A stretch of 62,365 nucleotides of DNA, counting the filler, from Squatina squatina (lineage: Eukaryota), in the NCBI GenBank assembly GCA_031763465.1. It is 4 parts of 4 records of this genome, joined end to end, with 100 filler letters (N's around TTAATTAATTAA, not from the genome) between each part and the next. Parts side by side here need not be neighbours in the genome. Positions count along the whole stretch, not along the records: positions 45,442 to 62,365 come from JARFOE010000163.1; 3 more parts are not named here. One strand, given 5' to 3'. Positions within the stretch are counted from its first letter, which is position 1, and every line of letters starts with the position of its first letter. The position numbers and the translations under genes are program-made. The notes below the pieces were generated by a model. It searched no databases and had not been told where the DNA came from. It worked only from the letters and a program-made list of their open reading frames with translations. Shown here in pieces: positions 51,831 to 62,365 of this stretch.

Positions 51831-53529
51831 ACCAAGGTGTAGTTGAAATCTATCCGGTAATAACAGGACCACTCTCTGAACAGTAAGGAGCACGTTTTAC
51901 ACCTCTCCAACTCATGCTGATCTTCACACTTAGGAATCAAGTATGAGAAAAGTCATATTAACACCTGTCAACAATTGAAAACTCCTTTTTAGAGAATTTC
52001 AGCTCTGGAATGCAATTCCCTGAAGTCTTGCTGACCCTCTGTGTGGGATTTGGGGCATCTGGAATTTATCAATAGTCTGGAATCCTAGAAGTTCGCTCCC
52101 CAGAGGCAGGAGTACAACATACACACAGATGTCTTACTCTTTCTCAGGAACAGCCACCTTTGATTGCAGTTATTTATTTATTTTGCTTAAAGGGATCCTG
52201 ACTCAAATTCCTTCATTACTCTTTGATTGAAGGATTCGGAGCGCGGAGTTTCATTGAAGGCACCATGTGGCGTCTCATTTTTTTCCAACTGTCTGAAAAA
52301 ACATATTTATAGTCGTAACTCATACCAGCCCCAAGANNNNNNNNNNNNNNNNNNNNNNNNNNNNNNNNNNNNNNNNNNNNNNNNNNNNNNNNNNNNNNNN
52401 NNNNNNNNNNNNNNNNNNNNNNNNNNNNNNNNNNNNAGAAACAAATGTAGCCCCGTAGCGCAAGTCAATGTGAAATTGCCCTGAAATGTCATGCAGTGCA
52501 AACCAGCTTCTAATATGGATCATGGCTTCCTGGAAATGACAGAAGAACTTTCCAACTTTGTTCAACGAAGAATATGCCAAAATAACTTCTAATGTGACAT
52601 ATGTAGGTTGTCAGGAAGATACCTTAAAATATGCCTTTAATTCCATATGGGTTATATCAGTGGGAAGTGCAACAGGCCTGCCATTAGGAATGCGATAGTC
52701 GCTAGTTCGACCCAGGCCTTATTTATAATATCTAGTCTATGCTTGAAATTATCAGTGACCCTTGTTCACAGTTCCTGCCATTATGAACAGGTGCTGCCCC
52801 AGTGTCAGAATCAATTTCAACTGGAGGTGTGGGCAAGGGCTGACTTGACATCTTTCATTTGCCCACGTTCTGTATTTGACTAGGACCCTCTAGGATTCAT
52901 CAACTGTGATGCCTGTAATGCAGGCAGACATGGCTTGGATGCCTGGTGCCCAGGATGGATGATGCTGTTCATATCCAAAGCCAGTCAACACAAATGGTGT
53001 GTCAGTAAATGAAATATTCTTTCACTGTACATTGTGGGGAGAATTCACCAGTTTTGGCTGATGGTAATTTTTTATGGCTAATAACACAGCCAGTTTGGTT
53101 ACTAAATATTAAAGCCGGGTAATCAAGGTTAACCACCTGTCCAAATACTTACACTTGCGTCCTATTTGTACAGGATGGAGACTGGTGGTCTCCAGTGCCA
53201 TCAACACTCGTGAACGGCATTGGTGCAAAACAGCCATTTGGTCCAGAAAACGCAATGTGATCGCAGTCAAACCTCGGAACTTGTTAAAAGTGCAAGAGGT
53301 GGTCTCATATCACAGTAGTACAGTGGTCACCCTATATGATTAGCTGCAGACCACTTCTGTTTTCTAGACAGGTTATTACTCAATGAATAAAGATTGAAAT
53401 TACTTGCAGCTCTGCTGTTTCTATAAGGAGTGGGTAACACTTGCCCTGTTTATCAGCCTACTCAGCCCCTCTCCATTCAGTCTGTGCGCTGGGATCCAAT
53501 ATTTGCAGTAGTGTGATGTTAATACTCAC

Positions 53530-53625
53530 GCTGCCCACAGTGCGTCCCAGTGTATCCCTTCTGGCAAACACAGCTGTCATCTGAGCAGGATCCACCGTTC
53601 ATACACCTGACATTACACTGCTGAA
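53530..53625 (-). CDS. FBN3: Fibrillin N-terminal EGF2 exon
   Basis: 96 nt, tgcag|TT..C|gtgagt; [32 protein letters not shown]. Confidence 0.88.
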
Positions 53626-53789
53626 CTGCAAGGAGAACAGAGGGGTCAGATGTCTCTGCACTTACAGAATGCCAAAAATCAACTTTGACTTCTTCACATG
53701 TGGAATTTGTTGCAGCTGTGCTCAAACGTGGCTCGAAGGCCACACTCAGTGGACAGGATTAACTAAAAGCATACCTCCCACCTTGCTGC

Positions 53790-53930
53790 TTCTGTCTCAC
53801 CTGTGCCTGACTGTGTGCCCGAATGTCTCACCTGTGCCCGACTGTCTCACCTGTGCCCGACTGAGTGTCTGACTGTCTCACCTGTGTCTCACTGTGTGTT
53901 GGACTATCTCACCTGTGTCTCAGTGTGTGA
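53790..53930. repeat. Short tandem repeat (TGTCTCACCTGTGCC(T/C)GAC)
   Basis: About five degenerate units. Confidence 0.7.
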
Positions 53931-54379
53931 CCTACTCCTCAAAATTCCGTGATTCTCCTGAATTTGATTTTCTATAGTTGTAGACGGAGGTATATTTTTT
54001 AAAAATCTCAGCTTAACCAAGGTACAGAATAAATTAATATTAACAATGATTTAATATTGCACAAAATGAAAACAGTCCAATCAGTGGAAGATTGTTTCGC
54101 TCAAAATCGATCAGTGTGTTGATAATAAAACTGCCCCCAGAGGGGGATGTGCTCTGCTCCAAGTTGGTCTGAACTGGGCTTCCCTCTTGGCACTGTTTTC
54201 CAACTCTTAATTGGCTTCTGGGTGAGCACTGGGCAGAAAGGAAATCTCCAGTGCGGTATTGTGGGAAGGTGGAGTCCACCCACCCGCACCAGCTAGAGTT
54301 GTGTTAATGCTAACCAACCATGGGATCATATGGATCATCTTAATCCTGACACCATCTATCCTCCTGACGAGAGCACAGC

Positions 54380-54602
54380 GGAGTGAACTTTCATTTTTGG
54401 GCGGAGCGCAGAGAGAGAATTCTCGCAGGGAGGATTAGACGCTGGTAACAGAACTCAACTCATTTTCCTGTCATTTCAATTCATGGAATGAAAATCGGGA
54501 GGGTTCCACAATTAGCGTGCAATCCTGCCTGCCTAATTCTCCTCTCTGCGTTCCGTCCAGACGATGGTTGGCGCACAGGCACTAAAGAGGAGAGTTCACC
54601 CT
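54380..54602. mobile_element. Foldback MITE-like element
   Basis: Ends G(A/G)GTGAACT..AGTTCACCC; inner arm GGGCGGAGCGCAGAGAGAGAATT matches the reverse complement GGACGGAACGCAGAGAGGAGAATT. Confidence 0.65.
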
Positions 54603-57189
54603 GGTGTGTCCTCCAACTCGGGAGGGGCCATTGAAAGGAAGAGAACGGAAATAAAAAGTGATGTAATATAAAGTTGAAGGTGCTGGTTTTTGATACTGCT
54701 GTGAATTGGCCATTTGGCCTCTACTCTGACGAGCTTTCTCATCTGGCTCACACCTTTGTGTTTATTTATTAGAAGAATTATTATTATTTCAAAGGCTAAA
54801 GGAGAAGTTGTGGATGCAAGAGGCCTGGGGCGGGCGGGGGTGGGGAGGAGGCAGCAGGCAGAAGGCAGATGGGGGAGAACATTACTACAGTTTTAAATCT
54901 TTGGGGAAAGTGCGGCTGCCAGCTGCTATAACAGAGGTGAGAATCAGGCCTAGTCACTCACTCAAATAACAGAGGTGAGAAGCAGTTCCCACTCACTCAC
55001 ATATAATAATCAATAATAAAACCATTGCCCATCACTTTATATATGCAAGTGGCTGGTGGGGGGTGGATTTGTTCAATTTTCAATACCTAATAATGGTAAT
55101 AGACTTGATGGGCCGAATGGCTTCCTTCTGTGCTGTACTATTCGAAGATACTATGAAATGTTAAAGAGGGAGGTCGAGAATATCCTACTCAGGCCTTGTT
55201 TTAAAAACATTAGAATTATTTATCTGCCAAATCACTACATTAACCAAAATGGAACCATTTGGAAATATTTCTTAAATATCGGTCTGGTTTCTAAGTTACA
55301 GCTGTTGAAAAACACACCAGGATTGAATTCTCCCGATCTCCTGCTGTAGTTTTGGTGGAAACCCCAGGAAATGGCGTAAATGACCTTTTATGTAGTTTCT
55401 CCAAGGTTTCTCCCGATCTTCCGATGAACTTACGTAGAAATTACACAGCAATTCTTCCCCGCAATATCTTATTTTCAGATGTTTGCACATTTTTAATGAT
55501 ATTTTATAATTTTTGCATCTTTATATCCAGGAATGATCACTAAATATATCTTAACGACCAAAGCAAATGACTCTTAGCAATTGAAGAGTCGGATATGATG
55601 GCGTAGTAACGGGCTTTGAAATCACAGACACTCCAGATGGGTCAACGTGCCTTGCTCTTGTCTCTGAACTCTGTCCTGCTCTCCACAATTAGTGTGATTA
55701 TCCCAATGGGACTGCGAGAGGCAGATTACAGATGCCAGGGTGTAGTCATGAGACTGTCACAACCTGTGATTGTTTACAGTGTAAAATAATACTGAAATGG
55801 TCATCCTATTTATGGATAGGTGAATTTATAATTCCAGGTGCACNNNNNNNNNNNNNNNNNNNNNNNNNNNNNNNNNNNNNNNNNNNNNNNNNNNNNNNNN
55901 NNNNNNNNNNNNNNNNNNNNNNNNNNNNNNNNNNNNNNNNNNNTCACTTATAAACAGAAACAGGATGATCCGGGACTGACAGTACATCAATTTTAAACAG
56001 AAACAGACCAGTGTCAGTCCTTCATGTTGCTTAGAATCCATGCTTAATGCTTGCATTTAACTATCAAGTATTGATCTTGTCAGAGGTGATCAACTAACCA
56101 ATCCTCTAAATAATGGACAATTACATTATACTATTTTGAACTTTTTAATATCCAAAATACAAGAGAGGAAATTTTTATGTCTTTACTTATTGCTATACAG
56201 GGTTTCATTAAATTTTACTTTAAACATGTCTTGCTAGTATTACATTAATTGAACTACTACTACAGTTGCCAAAGTTAGTCTAATGATAAGGAAGTAATAC
56301 CAGATGCCTGATGGAGTGGAATATTAGTGAAAAAGGAAAAAATGCTTGTTTTTGCTCTGTTGTCAACCACCTGCTTAGAAACTGTACTTTTCAAATTTGC
56401 AGATTCCTGCAATCTTGTTAGTGGGTCATTAATTACGGTGAAGAAAAGTGGCATTTAGATGCACTTCCGTCTCTAAGGCACAATAACCAAGTTCTATACC
56501 AAATATCATAAATGTTCAAACACATAAATAAGTTATGAAGGTATTCAGCTTCTAATAATTAAAAATATAAAGCATAAAGTTACATGGCTTTCAGATGAAG
56601 AAAGGATATAAGCAGAGCTTAGAAGTCAAACTCATCTTTCTTCTGACTATTATGGGCTATCCTGTTCATCTGGTTTTCCTTTGATTTTGAAGACCACTTC
56701 ATATCAAGAGTAATATCTGTTCAAAAGTTAAAAGAAAGTACATTTACAATGTGCACATAAAAGTAGCATATGTAGCTAAAACACAGGCTGTGAATTTCCT
56801 TGTAACTGCTCCTGCTCCGCTGACGTAACTTTGCCAGAAGTTTAAATGTATACATGTAAATGAGGTTTCTACTATACACCCAGCGAAGGTATGGCTGCGG
56901 AACGGAAGTAGGTGTGAGGAAATTACCAACATATAAATGACTTTGACGACATGGAATACTGAATTGTGACACCATTGTTTATAATTGTTTAGTTTGCTGA
57001 TCATTCATCATCTGTTGGTAGGTTGTGAAGGTGAAAGTAAAATTCTTCGCTGAACCACTTGCAATAAACAAATAAATCCTGATAAAGAGCCTTTTATTGG
57101 CAATCCACATTGCTAAAGATGGAATCCCACCAAAACCCTGTTTAGAAATCAAATAATTCAAAATTGCCGCCTGTTGGACAACCCTGATC

Positions 57190-57350
57190 TAGTCGTTATC
57201 ACATTGCTGTTTGTAGGACCTAGCTGTGCACAAATTGGCTACTACATTGCAACAGTGACTACACTTCAAAAGTACTTAATTGGCTATAATACACATTTGG
57301 ACATCCTGAGGTTGTGAAAATTGCTATATAAATGCAAGTCTTCTTTCATC
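57190..57350 (+). mobile_element. DeuSINE 3' half
   Basis: ATCACATTGCTGTTTGTAGG..GCTGTGCACAAATTGGCT..GAGGTTGTGAAAA..TATATAAATGCAAGTC. Confidence 0.75.
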
Positions 57351-58913
57351 CTGGGAAACAAACTCTCTCCCAATGAGTCCAGATTGTAATTCACATGAAA
57401 AACCATTTTAGCCCACTTGCTGCACCAGTCCTTGTAGATTTTGTGAAATCTTCTGCTTTTCTAACATACCACCAAGAGATTCCTCAAATACCATGAATCC
57501 ATGGGGCTGTTATAATTAGCTCTGCAGTTCACGTGGGTGCAGAACATGCCCTGCACTGATATTTCACTGCAGACGTGTGACTCAGACTGCTCTATGCTGT
57601 CAGTAATCAGAGCGATGATTCACAGTGCTCATCCATTAACCCTCTCCCCATGCCTGGGGGCCAGGAGCTGTGAGCCAGCCAATCTAAACAGAGTGATTAT
57701 CTGACTGACATTGTTCATTTCTGCAGGAGTCAAATTCTCCTTCAGCTGGAATGTGTTTGGAATGGCTAATAAATGCTCACTTTCTGATTGCTCATGTAGG
57801 AATCTCTCAGGAACAGAAACATATCACATCATGTGACCTTTAACCCAGTCTACATCAAACAACAGATTTATTTTCAATATTATTTTGTCCCAGGTTTGCC
57901 CCCAGTCCCCTATCTTTTGAAGGTGCTAGTTCCTGCTGGCATGAGAGTTCCGCAGTGGCAGCCATCTCCCAGTACTTCACCCCCTTCCTCACCAAGAGAG
58001 CGGAGTGCTATCAGGCTATTGGATGCCATAAAGTTATCATAGCCGAGCCTGAACCTGCCCTCACCGGATATACACAGGTCCACTTTCCATCAGAAGTCTT
58101 TGGATGAAGATCAGGTGCAGGAATGCTAGCTGACCTTTTCGCCTTCCCTAGACATAGGGCTGGTGAGGCCAACTGTAGCTCTTATTTTGCTTTTCTGACT
58201 TTTTCTCAGTTAAGTTAATAATCGAATCAGTGCTCCCTGNNNNNNNNNNNNNNNNNNNNNNNNNNNNNNNNNNNNNNNNNNNNNNNNNNNNNNNNNNNNN
58301 NNNNNNNNNNNNNNNNNNNNNNNNNNNNNNNNNNNNNNNAAGAACTGGGCTCCTCTCAAGACTAAAACCCAACTCTGAATGCATTCAAATCCTCGCTTTA
58401 TCATTCGATGCATCGCCCTTCCCTTAAAACCGAAACACTCGGGCCCGAACCTCCCCTGCGCTCTGAGCCAACAGCTGGCTCCCACTTTCACCCGCTTCCC
58501 CAACACAAAAGCACAAAGTTTGAAGGAGACAATCGTGAGGGGGAGAGGGGAGGGGGGGGGGGGGGTCGGGTTTCGGTGCAACTGAGAGCTGCTGAATGGC
58601 CAACGTGTGGAGAGGATCAGAAACCACAGTGCTCGGCCCTTCCAACTTTTCCTTTAGTAAACTGGGTCATTTCAAAAGGGGGCTCGAACGTCAGATGTTA
58701 AGCGGCGTTGCTGATTATCACGGGTTTCATACAAGTATATAAATTTCAATTATATGTACACATATTAAATGAGAACATTTTGAGAACTATGATTCGCTGG
58801 TATGACTAGGGCCACATTTAACGTGAAATGGGCTGCCGACTCCATCTCTATTTCTTCGATTCGATATCTGACTGTAGTTTTTTTTCGGATTATTTGCAAT
58901 GTTTGAACTTTAC

Positions 58914-59089
58914 CCTCTCAAGTTGTCTTGACCTCGTCTCCTGACCCGCGACTGTAATTCTCTGTCCCCGGCTCCTGCGAATCTCGCCGCTCCAAACTCG
59001 CTCTCTTGTTGGGTCAGAGCCTCCTCAATGGAAAGACAGATCAGAGCCGTACATCCCAGCAGAAACTTGGCTATCCACCGTGCCCCCAT
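58914..59089 (-). CDS. FBN3: Fibrillin first coding exon: signal peptide and furin site
   Basis: MGARWIAKFLLGCTALICLS..SRVRRRGQDNLRG|gtaaag. An upstream acceptor (ttctctctctcttcag at 59156-59157) puts the ATG in an internal exon. Confidence 0.85.
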
Positions 59090-60244
59090 GCTGCAACCTC
59101 CTGGAGAACGCTTCACACTGCTGCAGACACTCAGCCCCGATCCACTCCTATTGGGCTGAAGAGAGAGAGAAAATTAAAGAGTTGTCTCAAAACTCCCACT
59201 CCTCTCACATCAAGCCCTGACACGGGCAGCAGGCGATTCCGAGGAATGCAGGGGTAGGCACTGTGTACACAAGGGTTTTAAACAAAGAGGCAAAAGTTTA
59301 CCATCAATGGGAGCGCTCTGCTGAGCAGCGGGGAAGCATCTGCTTTTAATCAGGACACAGAGAATTCCTTCAGGGTCGGGAGGGGGGATCCTGATCAGCC
59401 CCGAGCTCTTTGNNNNNNNNNNNNNNNNNNNNNNNNNNNNNNNNNNNNNNNNNNNNNNNNNNNNNNNNNNNNNNNNNNNNNNNNNNNNNNNNNNNNNNNN
59501 NNNNNNNNNNNNAGAAACACACGATTTGACCCAAGTGGTCTATGCTCCACACGAGCCTCCTTCCATTCTATTTCAGCTAACCCTATCTATGTATCCTTCT
59601 AATACATCCAACCAGATTTGGCAAACCTAGCTGAGAGTCTGGAGGAGGCATGGCAGCTTTATAGAGGCATCGTGTCTTGTAACGTGCGTGGAAAATGTTT
59701 GGCATTGTCGGCTAGTTACGTTGGGCAAAACAGGGCTCCCTGAAGGCTTGTTCCAGAGCCAAAACCTTCCACCTAATTCTCTCTTTAAACAAACAGCAAT
59801 GACTATTTNNNNNNNNNNTTACAAGCTGTTCCACAGGGAGAGCTGTCTGCTCAACAGAACATGCCATTAATTTCAGTTTTTAGTGTTTTGGAGAAGGCTG
59901 GTACTGGAAAGTAGACAAGCATTCCTGGGAAGTGTTGTAACTGTTACTTGCCGTGCCAACACACTGACAAACTCATTTCTGGAGCGGGGAAGTTAAAGTT
60001 TCTGCAGGATTGTATACATCTCAAGTCCGAGCTTCACAGATCACACCACACACACGCCTGGCCACTCACAGCTAATCCTACAAAGCATCACTCTGCTATC
60101 CCCTCAGATAGGGAGATTCAAAGTACTTCCCTGGAGTTAGAACCNNNNNNNNNNNNNNNNNNNNNNNNNNNNNNNNNNNNNNNNNNNNNNNNNNNNNNNN
60201 NNNNNNNNNNNNNNNNNNNNNNNNNNNNNNNNNNNNNNNNNNNN

Positions 60245-60900
60245 GACACATACATACATACAGAGAGAGAGATACACACACAGAGACACACGTGCACACG
60301 CACAAAGAGAGACACACGTGCACGGAGAGAGAGACATACACACATGTGCACAGAGACACACATGCACACACATGCACGCACAGAGACACACGTGCGTAGA
60401 GAGAGACACACACACACAGACACGTGCATACGTGCACAGAGAGACACACACACACACAGACACACACGCATGCACAGAGAGTGAGAGGGGCGCACAAGCA
60501 CAGAGAGAGACACACACACACGCACACAGAGAGACACACACGCACAGAGACACACACAGAGACACACGTGCACACGTGCACAGAGACACACACACAGAGA
60601 TGCACGTGCACACATGCACAGAGAGACACAGATACACAGCCACACGCACACGCGCGCACAGAGACACACACGCAATCACACACACACGTGCGCACAAAGA
60701 GAGACACACGTGCACGGAGAGAGAGACATACGCACATTTGCACAGAGACACACATGCACACACATGCACGCACAGAGAGACACACGTGCGTAGAGAGAGA
60801 CACACGGGCACACACATGCACACAGAGGGACACACACGCTCACACATGCGTGCAGAGAGAGACACAGGCGCACAGAGACACGCACACACACGCACAGGCA
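60245..60900. repeat. Complex (CA)/(GA) microsatellite with a higher-order duplication
   Basis: Block ~60300-60412 repeated at ~60692-60805. Confidence 0.9.
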
Positions 60901-61820
60901 GCAGATGGGCGGAGCTGTTGCAACAAGGAGACATTCCAGGCCTCACAGTGAAATACCCAGAGAAATAGTGAGCAGCACGCAGGTCAGATTACAGAGAAGA
61001 ATTTGTTAGCCCGATATCCCAGTGACTCTAAGAAGGGCTTTGTGATTTTTTAAGTTTGGAAATCAGCCTTGCCAAACAAAATAGTCGGTGGGACTCTAAG
61101 CCAACTCTAGCTTGGCACTTGGCCCACATGCTTAACTTTCCATGTTATACCCCCTAAGGGTCCAAGTCGTTTGCCATCAACTGAAGTAAAGGCCATGTAG
61201 TGACAGATTGAAGTTCTCATCGACAGTCCAAGAACGAGTGGTCCTGTGTCCTTAGTGAGGGATTTCACTCGGTCATAATACTGGCTGCCTGCCACAGTAA
61301 TGGAATCAAAGGTTAATCCTTTGTGGCCAGGCCAGTGCAGAGCTGCAAGGACACTGACCCGAGTCTGCTGTCAACTGCTTGTTGTTCTTCGTGCATTTCA
61401 GCCTCCCAGGATGGCCTCTGGCTGCAACGGGTCAGGACTTGACCAAACAAACCTAGCTCTGGTAAGCAGCTGGTTTTACTACAGATCTGAAAACACACAG
61501 CCTATGAACGCAATGTGCTCAGCTCTTTTTCCAAATGCAGCTGGCTAGATTCTAAACACGTAGCGGTTACCCCACACAGAGCAGGAAGGTCCCAGGGTCC
61601 GTCCAGCATCTGTACTGAGTTTGCTGTGGGCGTGCTACAAATTAACCTTGGGGAGATGAATAACCAACCGAGGTTCCTACTCTTGATCGTTATCTAATAG
61701 AAAGTGGGTGTTTATGTGTGNNNNNNNNNNNNNNNNNNNNNNNNNNNNNNNNNNNNNNNNNNNNNNNNNNNNNNNNNNNNNNNNNNNNNNNNNNNNNNNN
61801 NNNNNNNNNNNNNNNNNNNN

Positions 61821-61853
<33 letters not shown>
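61821..61853. repeat. (TC)n microsatellite
   Basis: Seen directly; feeds the polypyrimidine tract of the following exon. Confidence 0.95.
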
Positions 61854-61857
<4 letters not shown>

Positions 61858-61875
61858 CTACTGGTTCTGTTTCAG

Positions 61876-61968
61876 GTGTTGCTGCCATCCCAGTACTGGT
61901 ACTATATGATAGAATTGGCTTTCTACTGGTCCCTCCTCTTCAGGGTCTCATTGGATGTAAAGAGGAAG
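61876..61968 (+). CDS. CERS4: Ceramide synthase TLC-domain exon (CERS2/3/4 clade; CERS4 by synteny)
   Basis: ttcag|GTG..AAG|gtaagt, 93 nt; [31 protein letters not shown], cf. the ..YW.Y..E..FY.SLL...DVKRKDF motif. Confidence 0.8.
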
Positions 61969-62365
61969 GTAAGTGACCAGCTGACCCATCACGGATGTTC
62001 AATGTTAACATCTTGCCCACTAATATAAGCTCTCTGTAATGTAAGGACAAGCAGGTGGTGAGTTCTGATGCTCCGATGTTAAACATTCTGTTTAAGCAGT
62101 GGATTAATGGAGGTGGTCTGTAGACTTAATCTGATAGTGTGTTTGACACTACTTTAAACAATTATCTTTCAGACCCAGATTCTGTTCATTATTCCATTAT
62201 CTCCAGGTCTGATTTATCTCTGGTCTAGATAACAGAAGATCCCAAGTTTTAAATTGTTTCTTCAGTAAAGGTTACTCTGGTTTGCAAACACTTTTGGAAG
62301 GGAACGTTTGGCCACTCATGATGTGACTAGTTTCTATAGATCAAGAGTCCCTTGAGCAATTACCA

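Noticed and set aside
53150-53250. Possible fibrillin EGF3 exon next to a GTAAGT donor
   Set aside because: The translation lacks EGF cysteine spacing
60096-60968. Cys/Val- and His/Thr-rich ORFs
   Set aside because: They are translations of (CA)/(GA) microsatellites

Overview
Fragmented, gap-rich vertebrate genomic DNA, not prokaryotic. The repeat content (SacSINE1/DeuSINE-type SINEs, CR1/L2 LINEs, Harbinger remnants) points to a cartilaginous fish, which is an inference. Three artificial 100-nt spacers (44 N + TTAATTAATTAA + 44 N) join four unrelated scaffolds. (A) 1-14109 holds the terminal exon of a PSKH-family kinase and three WWP1 C2-region exons (+). (B) 14210-28405 holds the last exon of ARFIP1, a CpG-rich promoter and four FHDC1 coding exons (+). 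(C) 28506-45341 holds eight SPTBN1 exons (-). Its introns contain a ~2.8 kb 25-nt minisatellite abutting an acceptor, an intact antisense BMP2K kinase exon and an HNRNPDL-like retrocopy. (D) 45442-62365 holds four fibrillin exons (-; FBN2-like sequence, FBN3 by exon layout and synteny) head-to-head with a ceramide synthase exon (+, probably CERS4). Most ORFs in the supplied track are artefacts of N-runs or tandem repeats. All gene and repeat identities come from recalled sequence similarity, not database searches. I cannot demonstrate a novel multi-gene system. The best leads are the orphan BMP2K exon, the splice-acceptor-like minisatellite, the retrocopy and the PSKH2/FBN3 orthology questions.
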